Of a DNA stretch of 64,000 nucleotides, positions 34,201-49,200 are shown piece after piece (positions within the stretch are counted from its first letter, which is position 1; each line of letters starts with the position of its first letter). The stretch is taken from contig CM119378.1 of NCBI GenBank assembly GCA_051294905.1, forward strand, positions 9,238,001 to 9,302,000, in the 5' to 3' direction. The position numbers and the translations under genes were made by a program. Source of the stretch: Botryllus schlosseri. Taxonomy: Eukaryota. The notes beneath the pieces are model-generated. The model was not told where the DNA came from and searched no databases. It saw only the letters and a program-made list of their open reading frames with translations.

Positions 34201-37200
34201 CTGTTCAATAACAATTTAACCATTTATAGACGCACAGCAATCAGTATATACCGAGATCATGGCGAAACCCGCATTATTCTTGTGCTTTCGCTAACAAATG
34301 CCCATACATAGCGAAGTCTCTGCGAAAATCGAATTCTCTTCTGTGTTTTCGCTTTGTGAATGCCTAGCCGGGGCTTGCCCCGGTAGCGCTCATAACAAGC
34401 TTTCACTATCTATTCTCTCAAAGCCGCGCACAATAAAGAAACGGTGATTTACTCTCTCCTATTCGTAAAATGGCCGAGCAAGTGGGGCAACTATGCCTGT
34501 CGCCCTTAAGGTGTGATGTAACAATCGTATCTATATCTGAACTCGGTTACCGTGATATGCGTTGACTCGACCTTTGCTGGTATATGTCGATTTTGACGGT
34601 GTTTCGCACCATGATAATTCTTGAAACTTGGTACGATATGTCGTGAAGGTAGTATTTAGCACTGCTCCAAGTTTCAGGCTTGCTACTCAAAGATAAGGGT
34701 GGTAATTTCGTTTCCAAAGTTCAGTGTGTGCTGATCTATTATGTACATTGTACAACAAACAGATTTTACTCAAAAGCCGGTATTGGTCTCCATTGATTTT
34801 GACGATGTTCCATACCGAGATCGGTCATGATATTTGGCACAGTAAGTCTTAATGCTAGTATCGACCGCTGTAATAAGTTTTAAGTTTGTCACTGAACTAT
34901 GTGGGTGGTAATTTCGTTTCCAAAGTCGAGTGAGAGCTGACTCTTCATTTATCGCTAACAGATTTACGCAAAAGCCGTTATTGGTCTCTATTGATTTTAA
35001 CGATGTTCCATACCTAGATCTGTCATGAGCTTTTGCACGGTATGTCTTGATTTTAGTATCGAACGCGGTGCCAAGTCTTAAAGTTGACGCTCAATGATTG
35101 AGGCAGTTATTTCGTTTTCGAGGTCGAGTATGGTAGAGATGCGCGCTGATCTGATACTTAGCCTACCTACATCATTGCGGATCTCACGGAAAAGCCGGTG
35201 TCTGTCTGTGCTAATCTAGTCTGCGTTCCATAACGAGATCGGTGATGATATTTCCAATGGTATATCTCGATGATCGCATGAAACAGCTAACTAAGATTCT
35301 CGGTTTGCATTCAAATATTCACATAATTTTATGTTCGCCAATGTGCATTTCACTGTGAAATTGTGGCCTTCAAACCATTTGCTTACAATCCCCTGTCAAA
35401 TGCGATGCTATTTCATTTTCGATGTCGGTTAACAGCTGATCATTCGATCAGCCTATTCCTCGATCTATTTTACTCAAAGTTCGGTGTTCGTCTGTTTGTA
35501 TTGATTTTGACGGTGTACCATGCCGGAATGGGTTATGAGATTGCGAATGCTACTTCTCGATGATTTCATGTAACAGTATGCTAAGTTTACGGCTTTCATT
35601 CATGTATTTATTGATTAATATATTTTCCAACGGCGATTTGGCAGCAGACAGTAAGCCGTATGTGTTGCGTCACAATCTCCAGTTTCAAGGCCAAAATGTA
35701 CTATGTTGTTCCGAGACCGAAGTTCCGAGGCTGCTGTCCTTAGTTCTTCAAAGACCATTCAAATTGATGTTCTGGATTCAATATGACAGGCCCAATCTAT
35801 GAGATAACAATTGCGTATGTGTCCGAAGTCGTTGACCTTTGCAGTTAGGCTTACGCAATCTCTCGAGTTCTAGTCATTGGAATTAGTCTGGTCAAGTCAA
35901 GTGCGAACATGAATCGTATTGAATCTTTGCTCCGTACGTAGGCTAGTTTACGCAGTTGCCTTTAGAGCGAAAATTAAAGGTCTAGAAGACTACTCCTTGT
36001 CGCTTCGACATATTCCCGTCTTTTCATTGTATCGCATTTTTGTGGTGTATTGAACTGATAAAATTGCTAATAAACCAATGATGATGATGATAGAAATTGT
36101 CCAGTCCATTGATCCAATCGTACGCCAGGTACCTCCGCTTTGGTTGCCTATCACCTGGTCGTAACTCGTAACCACCAGCCTATCGATTTGCGTAATCTCT
36201 AACTCTACCATGAAATCATAACGCATGCCACTAAGGATGACCTGATAATTGATTCTTGGCATAGGGACGTACATTCGTGGCATAGGGACGTACATTCGTG
36301 GCATAGTTCACGTACATTATGTAAAATAATCCTTTGATTAAAAAAAAATGAATAAAACATTTGTTACCACACTTCAAGTCACGGCTCACTGGCAAACCTC
36401 TCGCGGCACCTACGTTAAAATCACTGTTGTCGGGAAATTCATGTGACCATCATATTAAAGTTACTTTTTTACGTTGGAAAACGCCATTGTGACGTCATGT
36501 TGATAAAAGTCGCTCGCAGCCCTTGCCCCACCACCCGATATTGTCACGAGCCGCCACTGGTATAAGGAATGTATTAAAGACAATGAGTAAGAGGCAGGGC
36601 CGTAACAGCACCTCGTCAACCCCCCTAAAATTGATTGATTTCCGCACCCATAGCGTGATAAACCAAACTTCTGAGGACTTCACCCCCAAGAACCACGTAG
36701 CGTGATTTCGATGGTCAGCAGAGTTTGCGTGGCATGGTCACTCCAGGTTGCAAGATTTTCTATAATGCATGAAATAATTACATATATAGGTCGCTATAAA
36801 CTTTTTATCGTCTCAGCCCACGTAATCAGATTTACCAGTAGCGATAAGTGAGCAGGTAACCGATAATTAAACATATTCGGGCGTGCCCGTAGGTACAATT
36901 AATTCGTTACCAGGGCCGTAACAGCACTTCGTCAGCCCCCCCCCCCAAAAAAAAAAAAAAAAACATTGGTCTTGGGCCCCCATAGGCTGATAAGCCAAAC
37001 ATCCGGGATTGAATTGGTCAATATGATCGGGAATTGCATTTATATTGATATCAATTTTTATCCTCTCTCTGCTCATCTGAACAGATTTACCGGTACAGCT
37101 GAGTGATGAGTGATTGAAAAGGTAGACCCCTCAAAATTAATTATACATCTTCGGGCGTATGCCCGTTGGCAGGAACGAAACGACACTTCGTCAGGCCCGC

Positions 37201-40200
37201 TGAAAAACCTTGGGTCTTGGGCTCCCATAGGGTGATAAACCGACCGCCCCCCATCACGTTGTTCGCTTTTCCCACGAAATTAGCTGTACTGTTGAGCGGG
37301 CCAGCGATAATTCATGATAAAATCGGTCAATATGATCGGGAATTGCATATACATTGCTATCAATTTCTTGTCCTCTCTGCTCACGTTACCAGATTTACCG
37401 GTAGAGCTGAGTGAGGTGCAATGTTCCCTCTAAGCTGCGCACGTGCGCAGTGATGACACGGTCTCTGCGCGCAGAAAATCTACGTTGCGTGAAACAAATC
37501 CGAAGTTATGACCATTGGTCTGCGCAGTGAGTTGGTGAGTATGCACAGACTCGTCAAAACGTAGTGGGAACATTGTGAGGTGTCTTGGAAACTGTAGGGC
37601 CCGTCGTAACTAATAATTAAACATATTCAGGCGGGCAGACCCGTTGGTATGACTTCGTTGAATGATGTTATTTCGTGACCTCCTGTCTGCGATATCAAAA
37701 AATATAGAATCACCCAACAGGGATATCTAGTTCTATATGTCCCTGTCGCCCAATCGCACTTAACTAAAAGGCGCACACGATTTCAAATTGGTATTTCTTC
37801 ACTGGCATATAATTTTTCCCTGCCAGATGGAATTCGTCTTACGAGGTTCAGATTGCCAAGACAGGAACAATCGGTGCCAGTCATTTAGGCGCCTACGGAC
37901 AATTAAACCTATATGTCTTTTGTAGGCTATATATAACGAAGTTTTCGGTGTTAATTCGCTCTGAATCAGGGTTGTAATGACTCGAGTCAGACTCGAGTCA
38001 CGATTTTCAGATGACTCGACTCGAGTCATTTTCTCAAAATACGGAAATGACTCGACTCGACTCGAGTCAATCTGTGTATTGACTCGACTTGGACTCGAGT
38101 CATTGCGCATGACTCGAAGCAAGTCATTGACTCGAGATTCAGACGGCCAAGACCGACATTTCATTGTAATTTCGAAGCCAACACACAATTGCGATTTCGT
38201 TTGTTGGTACTGGTGCTTGAAAATGCTACCAGAAACTGCTAAAAGTGAGGAAAATTGATATATTATAAATGCGAACCATTCAGTATCACCCAACAGAGTT
38301 AAAAAAGTGGGTTTAGGAAGACTTTAACTGGAAACTGAGCAGTCAACACAATGACTTGGACTCGAACTCGAGTCATAATACCATGACTCGGACTCGATCC
38401 TCTGTTCGATGACTTGGACTCGGACTTGACTCGGTGGAAATTGAAAATGACTCGACTTGACTCGAATCAAAAATATAAACGTGAGATTGACTTGTGACTT
38501 GGAGCCTTGTGACTTGGTTACAACCCTGCTCTGAATACTCATTAAGGATATGTCCTGCTACCACATCTTCTAAACTGCGAAGCCGTTTTTCTCCAGCGCC
38601 CCCCTGAGCCTAGCGACCCCATATAGCCCCCTGAGCGTTTCCTCCCCCTTCAAAATCACCAGTGCCCTTGGGGGGCGCTGAAGGCAAGGTTATAGATATA
38701 TAGATCATTGGTACGGAATCCATATTCTGATAATGATGATGACCGCCGACCGTAAAAATGCTGCATGACGATTTAGTCGTGGTTAAAGATATTTTTGGTC
38801 CGACAGGGATTGGAAGCCTATTTCGTCAAAGGAGATATATTTAGTTATTTACCCTACATTTTTAATTGTAAATGTCAATCCACTATGACGTCATAACTGA
38901 ATATTCATGACGTCATTGCTATGAAAAGTAAAATAAAATAATAGTTTTAAAGAAGTGCCTTGTTTTAAGCATTGTTGTTTTAAATAGATTTTAGTTTTAG
39001 ACCCAGGTGATACTCGATGCAGGAGTAGGACTTCATGACAATGGAGTCACCATGTCTATGTCGACCACGCCGAAAACTGTTTGAAGTTTATTGGAAATCT
39101 GGTCCAGTCACCGCGTATAATACCCTATAGTGTGAGTTGAAGGCTTGAAGCTGATCGCTGAATGTTTATACATGGCGTGTCTCTCTCCAACAAGCTGGGC
39201 TTACGGAATATTCCGTAGTCGTAATTGAATAATTATGTAGCCAAGTTACTGAACCTGATAATTTGGCTACAAGTCTCCCCGTGCTTGCGGCGTGACAACG
39301 ATTTAGCCTGTTCGATGAATCACACCGTGTATTCGAAGAGGCGTGTGCTATTTGCCGAATACCACAGATAAAATCCTATTAATCCATGCAACGACGGAAT
39401 GTGAGTGATCCACCTGGTAACAATGCTGGTCCAGCATCGTATGGCTTCGTCTCCGGCAAGGTTGTTATCAATTCCAACGTGTTAGTCGATGTCGTTGGAG
39501 TTATGATTGTATTTGGAAATCCGGCACCTTCGTCGCTGGCTGAGCACGCCCCGACGCTAAGGTCATCGATTGCTATGTCACCTTCGAAGTTTATGCGTCC
39601 TGCTTCGACAATCACCTGCATTGTACGCGGTCTTTACTTCACATGGTTATCTCGCAAGTAGCATTCAAGCTTTACGTGAAAGGGTCCTTCGTCTAACACA
39701 TCTGCGGGGATCATAACTTGTCCGAGAATCCATTGACTTCCTTGATCGCCCGTTTTTTCCCAAAGCGCGTCACCCAATTGAACTTTGTCGTTGGTGACGA
39801 AAACCTTCAAAGGACCAGTATGTTTACCGTTCATGTTGTACCTGTGATAAGGGAACAAAGTGTTGGTATGTGTCAGTAGATTTCATTATTATTACTACGA
39901 GTCATGCATCACTTTTACCTGCAATATTGATATGTGCATGTTGCCACGTTACGGGAACAGATCTTACCCACGTCATTCATACGACTTTAATGCAACTAAC
40001 CAGAAATTGAAAATCGGGTTGGCTCCTTCGTCGCACTCTATTTTGGGAGATAACAATCTTGCTCTGTCTCCTTCCACTCTGGGCCACGAAGTTTCGATGT
40101 AGAGATAGCTTCCTTCTGTATGATAAAAAATATGTTATAAAAGCATACCACGTAGGGCTGCAAAATCAATTCAAAACAAACATGTTTGAAACAAGGCCCT

Positions 40201-43200
40201 TATTTAAAATATGTTTTTATTGTTTTTGTTGTTGTTGTTGTTGTTGTTTTAATTCATGGCGTCACGAATATTCAATTGTGGCGTCATAGTGGATCTACAT
40301 TGACAATGGTAAATATAGCTCCTTTGAAGAAATATCTACGTACTATAGCTGAACCGACTATTTTGGCGGTTCCAACCTTCCCATATCGTAGACGTCAGCT
40401 ATTATATCGGGTGGTAATTGTCCGTAGGCTCATACGACATGTTTTTGGAAAGTATTTACACAATTATGGCATGATTATATAACTTAAAAAAGGCAACCTT
40501 TTTTTTTCCAAAGGGCTTTTGTTTAAAAACATGTTTAAAAGTGTTTTAAACAGCCATTTGTTTTAAATTCAACCCAAATACAACCAATATTTTCTCTGTC
40601 TAGCTGTATCACGCATTTTTATAAAAAAAATAGGCTACTTAAAACACCCATGATTAAAATTTCTCGGAATTACAGCAAGCCGCAGTATCTGATATTGAAA
40701 GCGTATTACCTTTGAGCCCACTAATCGTCGGTGATAAAATAATTCTGTAGCTCAAATGGACCGGGGTAATTGACGTAATCTATGAGGAAAATCGCCTCTT
40801 AGTGATAATTTTCAATGTACTACAACCCTGAATTTAAATACAATGCAACTGAATGTAATATTGAAAACTTCATTTATTGCTGTCTTTTAGATATAAGATA
40901 TTTGTATGTGGTTCTATGAAGTTTCTGCAAGGCGAAGCTCGCGAAGTACTCTTAAATATCATTAACTCGATTGGGATTATTCAGTATCGTTTGAAAGAAA
41001 TGCGACTTTTCTGTTTGCTATGGCCTCTATATTATACTACTAAGTGACGCTCAATTGCATTGTCAGCAAGTTCGTTTGAAATTTCCGTAGCTTTCACATA
41101 TAACTTGCCCGAGACGAATTTCTATACTTTTAAACATTTTCGTAAAACACATGCACATGTACACCCATAGTAGTCTCTCTTTATGACACTATGCAGAAAG
41201 TACGCTCCTAACTTCTAAATAAGTTTAAAATTTGATGTTTTATTTCTCTAATTAATCGACAAGCATCCAACTTCCTGCATTTTTCAATTGAGATATAAAA
41301 GTTCTAATATATGTGGCGGACCGCAGGAAACGTGCCACAGACCAGAGGTTGAAAACCACTGCACTAACATAGTATTTTCATAGCATATGCAGGAAGAAGC
41401 AATATCTCAATAACTTAGTTATTATTACATTCGCCACCACCTATCTTTGTGGAAATGGATTTTCAGCCGGCACTCTTTCATAACAAATCAACGGTGGGAA
41501 TTATCAAGACACGGCCGCGAATTTCAAGAAATGCAGCTACAGAATTCCGTTTGAAATAATAAAAGTCTTCCCAATTTCTACATCAATAGTATCATGTTAT
41601 TTTCAAGAAAGGTCATTTTCTTGTTGTTTATCACTATAGCCTACAGTTAATATTTGCACAATGCAGACGACGGTTGCACGATTATAGAGCTAAATTTTAA
41701 TTAAAACTGGGGGGTCGCGGGGCTCCGGGGCGGTCCGAAGGGGATCTACGGAGATAAAAAGGCTGAGAAGCACTGAACTAGAGCCGATTCGGCAAAAATA
41801 TTACCATTTTCCGACTCAGCGCACCCGTTATACCAATATTTGGACTCGGCACAGTGCTTTCCAATATTTTTTAGCACCATCCGCACATTTTTTGTAAAAA
41901 AATCCATCCGCACAACCAACCGAAATTTGAGATACAAAATGAAAATCAAGATATAGATGTGCAACAAGTTAGCTAATGGTTTAGGCCAGTGCTTTTCAAC
42001 CTTTTTGAGCTCCATCCGCACTTTTTTGTAAAATAAATTTCATTCGCACAAACTAATCGGAAATTGTTATACAAAAAGAAGATGAAGCCACTTGACAACA
42101 TTTTGTTCAGATGTGCAACAAATTGGCTACTATGTAGCTCAACCTATCAAGTGTCTCATTAAAAAGGCAACTTTCCCACTCGTTTTGGTTTCTACTATTT
42201 CACTAAAACCCTTCTCGGACAAACAAGTTGTTGGGTTTTGTACAAGAACGTCTTGCTTGGATGCCCAGCCCGAGTCTTAAAATATGTTCTGCACTCCCAT
42301 CCTCGCGTCTCGCGCTAGTCGAACTGTTATTACGAAAATTTGATGATTGTTTAGCGAATAAAAGCAGAAAGTCAATTTGAAGTCATTTTTTCAGCCTGTC
42401 GCAGGCCCAGACGGGCTGATATACAATGTCTGCCCCTACATCAGCTTCCAAACCAGGCTTTTGGTTACGAAATAATTATAGTGCGAAAATAATAATTCAC
42501 TACGGCGTCATAAGTTGAACAATCTTTTACAATTTCGTCGCCACTACAAAAGTTACACTGACCTTAAATTTCCTATTAGGTTTATTTGATTTATTCCACG
42601 TCAAAATAATTACCAATTATTCACGATTTTCATTCGCACTATTCGCACCACGTTCGTCATTCGCACATATTTTTTTTCATTCGCACAAGTGCGAACCGTC
42701 ACACAGGTTGAAAAGCACTGGTTTAGGCCATCGAGAGTCGCAATAAAAAGACACCTGTTTTCCCATAGTTTTGCTTTCAACTATAGCACGAGAAAAACCC
42801 TGTCTCCTGCGTAAATGAGAATAGCTAAGAAAGTAACGATACGGTGTGTTCAACTCTTTAGCTCAATCAAACTTGAAAGTTCATGTCAGCTAATTAACGT
42901 TAGAGCAGTGATTCTCCAACATTTTTGACACCGCAACCAAAATCTGAGTTTTAGAGGCATTTCGTGATCTAAGCCTCACACGTCAAAAAAATGCATTTTT
43001 GTTATTAGTATGCAACGATTTTACGGACATGGTGTGACATAGAGAACGCGCACACAACAATTGTTTGCAGCACAGCTCTACGAAAGATGTCTGATGCATG
43101 CAATTTCAAATTGCGGTGAATTTATTCCTCTATGTGTGTCTCATTTGTACTATACTGTCCACTCAAATTATTTGGTGCCGACTGCCGACCATTTCGATGG

Positions 43201-46200
43201 CGGACCATATCAATATCGAAAGTTTGGGCCCACTAGCGACGGTCATTATTGGCCAAGGTTTTGTCGCTGCTGATCTTCTTCCCACCGCAGTATGCTGGCC
43301 AGAACAGACAAAAACGTCTTTATGTCTCCAGACGCAGAAGGGGTAGGTCTCTAAACGAATGTGTCTCATAGGCCCGCACCCGCTTGTTGCACGTCCTTAC
43401 ACTAAAGGACGCCAATGGTCTTCGACGGTGTTTTCCAAAGAATCCATTCAGACAAATCATATCATGAATTCCAACCAATTCGTGCGATACAAAGGTCGGT
43501 ACGTTTTCATGATCACGCCATATTTTATGTGTTTCTCGCATATTGGCTATAGTACCTACCACAGTGACCCTGGATGTGTAAAACTATCCACAGGGAATCA
43601 CGCGAATCTGGCGCAATGGCGACCCAATGTTATACCCTTTGCGACCCATACTTTCAGAACCCTTAAAGAGGGGAAATTTGAGTTACAGAAACTAGCAATT
43701 ATGAGTCTGTAATGATGGTATTTACTACTATCTTCGTGCCTCGTGCTAACCCAACTGTAATTACGAAAATATTATGAGTTTTTAGAGAAAGAAATCCGAA
43801 AGTCAATTTGACGTCGTTTTTCATCGCGTTGCGCAAGCTCAGACGTGCTGATGCACTGTATGCCTGCCGCCACACTTCGAACTGGACTTTTGATCATAAT
43901 AATTATAGTGCGTAAATAATAAGTCAGAACGACTGTTGCGAGACAGAGTTATTGTAAAAGCTAGGATTAGTGATAGTAAATTGAGATTACCATATTTTTG
44001 TTGATCAAATTACTGGCATTCTTTAGCGCCCACTAGCGGATTTTAAAATGAGTTATGCCACATTTTCTGTCAATATGACATCACACTCGCAAAGCTTTGC
44101 TTATCGACCAGAGGTGGTCATGATTCGGATCAGGAGTCAGGACTCGGAGTATGTGGTTGTGTGTTGTAACCAGGACCAAAACAACATTTCAAGCTCTCTC
44201 CCGCCCAAATAAACACTGGTCCTGAGCCCACCGAAGGGTAATCGATGCAACTTCTGGGGGTTTGCTATATGCATTTGGTTTCTACATGTATCTGGTCCGT
44301 AAATTTTGTGAATGAAATCTGTCTATAATATCAGTTCTTCCGTATATTTCTATAAAATTTTGATCCTCTCTCCGCCCACATCATCTGAGTTTGCGGTAGA
44401 GCTGGTGGAGGAGGATGACTTCGAAAATGCATAGTACTTAATTGTACATCGTAAAAGTCAAGTCATGTCACACTGATAACACCATGAGCCTAAATGCCGG
44501 TCCGTACCAGCAGGTTGCACATCCGGTGGTTTTCAATATTTTATGGTTGCGACTCCGTTTCTAGTATAAAAATGTTCTGGGGCCCACATAAAAATTTGAT
44601 AAGCTGATTACTAAAAAACGGTAGCACCTTTGCCCAGACTTACTCACTGTCTATTTTGGAAACTGATTACGTTCAAGATCCTCGTGAACCACAGAATAAA
44701 GGCAACCAACCCCCTGGTTTCTAGAACCACTATCTTTGACTAAAGCATCTAAATGGCCTTAACCGACTCTAGGAATATACCGTTCTCCTATAATTGCGAT
44801 TACAATCGGGCTTATTTCAGTAAATAATGGTTATTTTTAGTTACTTTTAATTGCATTTTTGTGAGGGATGTGGTTCGCATATTAAAATCAATGAATGATT
44901 CGCTAAATCGCGCGCAGTGCGACGAAAAATTCCAAGCGGCATAAATCTGTCCAAAAATAATATCGTTCGTGTTGATTTACGAAAAAAAGTTGATCCAATT
45001 TCTAGCCTTCAAAATTCCGGACATTTAGGCATATTTTAGAATTTTCTTCCGGAAGCAGTTTGAACAGTGAAATTCCGGACATGTCCGGGAAATTCCGGAC
45101 GTATGGCAACCCTAAGTAATTTAGATAAATTTTTATAGTGAATAAAGTCAGGGAGCCACTGCGCTTGAATTTCCTATTATATTTATTTGAATTCTTCCGC
45201 GTCAGAAAAATAACAATTATTTACGATTTTCATTTGCACTCATCCGCACTGCGATATTTTCATCCGTACAAGTGCGCACCATTTCACAGCCTGCAAAGCA
45301 CCGATCTAGCATATCATGATTTTTGGAAAATAATTTGTTGGCCTGTGTTATGTAATGTGCAAATACACATACGCTTTGTTTTCAAAGTGTGGTCATTCAC
45401 GGGTCCAGTCCTCAATGTTTGAGTTCCTCCGCTGCTCGGTAACCAATTGAATTCGTCTTCAGTCATTTGAGTCCAGCCGCAAGTGTTGTTTTCAAAATCG
45501 CAGTATGGTGATTCTGCAGTTATAATATCAATAGTTTCTTGCTGAATGTTGAACGACTTTAAAAGGTCAGTCGAGAAGTTGGACCAACAAGACAGATCTA
45601 GCGATTCCATTCTATGAATCGACCTGCTGGTTGTGATATTGTTTAGGCATGCTGTGAATATAGCTGGCGCTCCTTCGCCAAATTTCACAAAGAATGCATC
45701 GATGTATTTTCGAAATTCAGATTTATGCTATCGGTATCGCGATCATCAAACTTCGAAACAGAAGTGCTATATCGCGCGCAAGTGTCTGGTCTTGAGGCAA
45801 ATATATAATGATAGCTATACTTACGTCGAGGGCAATTTCCTTCTTTCAGTTCGATATCGTCAATAGCGATATCGCCTTTATAGTTTTTTCCCGATATCCC
45901 CTCGATGATGATCTGTATCACATAATGATTTGATAGCGTAAAATCGGAAATTTTTGAAATCATCTGACTCGTTGCTGACTCGTACTAATGTAGACCCACC
46001 TTGACACAGACGCGGTGGTAAAGCATATGTAAGGTGTTATGAATAAGGGATTTCGACAATTGAATTCATAGGTGTCGATCGGATTCCGATCGTGTTTAAA
46101 TTTTCGAATTTTGTGAAATTAAATTAGGAATTGCGAAATGGATTTGGAGTGGGCGTAAACTTTCTTCCATCAATACGAAATTCGAACGAAGTCGAGTTTG

Positions 46201-49200
46201 AATATGAACTTATGAGTCAATTACTTATTCGCACTGGCCCATAGCAGAAAGCAAATATTATGTACAGGTAATGCAGTCAAAGATGAATATTAAACTACGT
46301 TATTAAACTACGTTATTAAACTACTTACGTTAATGGGTTCGTTTACGTTTAAGTCAATCGATTCGTGATTCCACCAGTCCGTGCTCTCGACTGCCATAGC
46401 TCTATTGTTGGGGCCAATCGACCATGGCCCGGATAAATGCGCTATGGTCGTCTCTAGACCTGATTCCTCGCCTTTGATTTTGATATTCAAGTCTTTCACA
46501 TCAGTACCGTGCATGTTGTGCCAAAATCTGAAATGTTATAAATGCATTTTGGTAGTATACAATGCATACAACAACGACAATTCATAAATCGACACGCTCA
46601 CACTTATAAGATAAGAACTCTCATATATATAAATAAACATATTGTATATTGTATTAAAGATCGTAATCTGTGTCAGCCGTGCAAGTTGTGCCAAAATGTG
46701 AAATGTTCCTTTTTCTGACCACAGAATCCCAATATATTTGATGTAGCCTACGTCTGAGTTCGTTTGGCACTCCCGAATTGATCTCACTGCGCGGTGTCAC
46801 TATACAATTTCCTGCACGGTGTTAGCCGCATTCTGTAGATGTGACGAACGAAAATATGCCAAAGCGTAGTGAACAATGGCAAGATAGATAACATACATTT
46901 GAACAGCAACTTGCGGCAACTGAATGACAACTGAATTGATTGACGATTAATTACCAAGTATCTAGTTGAGTGACAATTTCCGTTTGGTTGTACACAGCAA
47001 CACAAATTTATATAGACACTTAGACAGTTACTTTCGCAGCGATCAGATGATATCGGATAGAAAAGCCGTATTATATAGTTTACAGTTTCCGACGTTATAA
47101 ACACGATGACGCTTTTGTGTAGCGTGTAGTTAGTGTGTGTGTGTGTGGGGGGGGTAATTTAATGAAATATATATATTATTTCACTACACACATAATGTTA
47201 TGTAATAATACCAGTGTTATGAAAAATCGTTGTGCAAAAGCTTCCATTTTTTTAAAAGAAAATGAATGAACTTTGTCAGTTATATTGTTATTTGCATATT
47301 GAATATGCGATACCATTATCAGATTTACCGTTTGAGTTGATAGAAGCGATGTCATCAAAGATTTAGAGGGCACGTAATCATACTTCTTGAGACATATATA
47401 TTCCTGTCGCACGGTAAGACTAATAATGAGTCTTCCCGAAAGTGATTGTCAGGTGGTCGAATTGTCGTTAATTACTTTGTTGAAACATGGTGTCATTTTG
47501 TGAAAGAGAAAGTTGGCTCCATTCAAAAGATCGCTCACATGAATACAAATTTAAGAAGAAAATTCTTTGGCCGCGCACAATTCCCAATTTGATTTATTCA
47601 CGGGGACCAATATTTCACTCTCCTAGTCGCATTTGTACCGCAGCACTCAGATTGCAAGGAGAGGGACATCCGGCGTGATCTTTGACCAAGGCTCTATCGC
47701 CGGCGATCGTTCTAGGATCGCACTTCGTGATGGCTGAAGCTTCATCTGCCTTGATGAGTCTTTTTGGCGCTGAACAGCCGGTGCCTAATTGTCCCGCAAC
47801 CACAGGCAGCACACAACACTGCATTTGGATTGAATTCTGCACGTCATGCGTATTTTTATTTAGGCCTATTTTTCGGGTTTATTGATCAGGAGGCGCGTGC
47901 TCAACATTTATAAAATCTAATGACTATATAATGGATCGCGCCAAGAGCGAAGAAAATTTTCATGTTGAATACATCTGCCCAGCAATAGCCCACCTTCTGG
48001 TAATTTACGAAAAATTGATCGAAATTTTTTTTCGGGGTGCATGACCCCTTTGGTCCTCTTCTAGCTACGCCTATGGATATACCTGAAGCAAAACGGGCCC
48101 GATTCCCGCAATGTCGGACTGATAAGTCTGGCGCGATCGCCATTCTTTCTTGGTACAGAGGTTTCTATGTAAAGGTAATATCCAGATCCAGTCTCTTGAA
48201 AAAAGCAAGATCAAAATTAGTGTTTGTGGACGAAAACAAACATGCAGACATACAAAACAAACGTCAGACGCAACGGTCACACCGTGGCGTTATGTACCAT
48301 GATGGTGTGCGGATAATATTTGTGATCATAGTATATTATGAAAACGTAAGAGGATGATTGAATGCTGAATTTTAGGCTAATTCAACGTGACCGTTACGGC
48401 GTCCTTGAAACGTTTAGACCATTATGTATACTTGCCATGTGTCAGTTTTGTTCCTGTTACCCCTCCGGATACAGTTAATCGGCCATATCTTTTACAAACG
48501 TTTCTAAGTGCAATTCATTACTAATTTTTACTCATTCCCTATTTTAAAAGGCCAAGAACGTTTCTTCAAATGCTACATATCATTTTCTATTTATGGGCGA
48601 TCCTGACTGGTGGAATTCGAGTGTAATTTGAGTTGATTTGACGGATACGCCTACGCAAAGATGACAGACAGGCTATAATATTTTTACGTTTTAACGACGT
48701 ATGTGTTACAGATATGTCTGCATTTATAACAAAAATCAATTTGAAACAAACATGTCTAAAACATGATCCTTGTTTACTAATTGTTTTTTATTTTCTTTTT
48801 GTCGTTTTTTAAAGCCATGACGTCACGAGCACTTTAGGCTGCTCGTCGTTCGGCATCCTCCTATCTATTCATTACATCGCATTGTGTCTTTTCGCATTGT
48901 ACATTGTGTGTGTCTTGTTCAGATATATAACTCAACGATTATTGAATATTAAACTACGGGCCTTATAGTATGGGGCAGGGCGCCACACCCAGTGGCGTAG
49001 CAGCCACTTGGCGGTTCTGGCTCTGCGCCAGGGGCGGCAGGCTCCAAGGGGGCGGCAAAATGAGGCTTACACAGTGTGCACAGCCGGCTAAAGCAGCGTA
49101 ATTGGTAGTCCTATAGCTGGCGTCCCGTCAGCTAAAATTTAATCAAACTGGTCTTAAACGAAAGCTAGTGTCACGCTAATTCCGAAAACACGAATTAACA

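Noticed and set aside
47615-47842. EAS...GDRAL peptide as the missing MAM1 exon
   Set aside because: The splice phases do not fit; the exon at 48083-48194 fits exactly.
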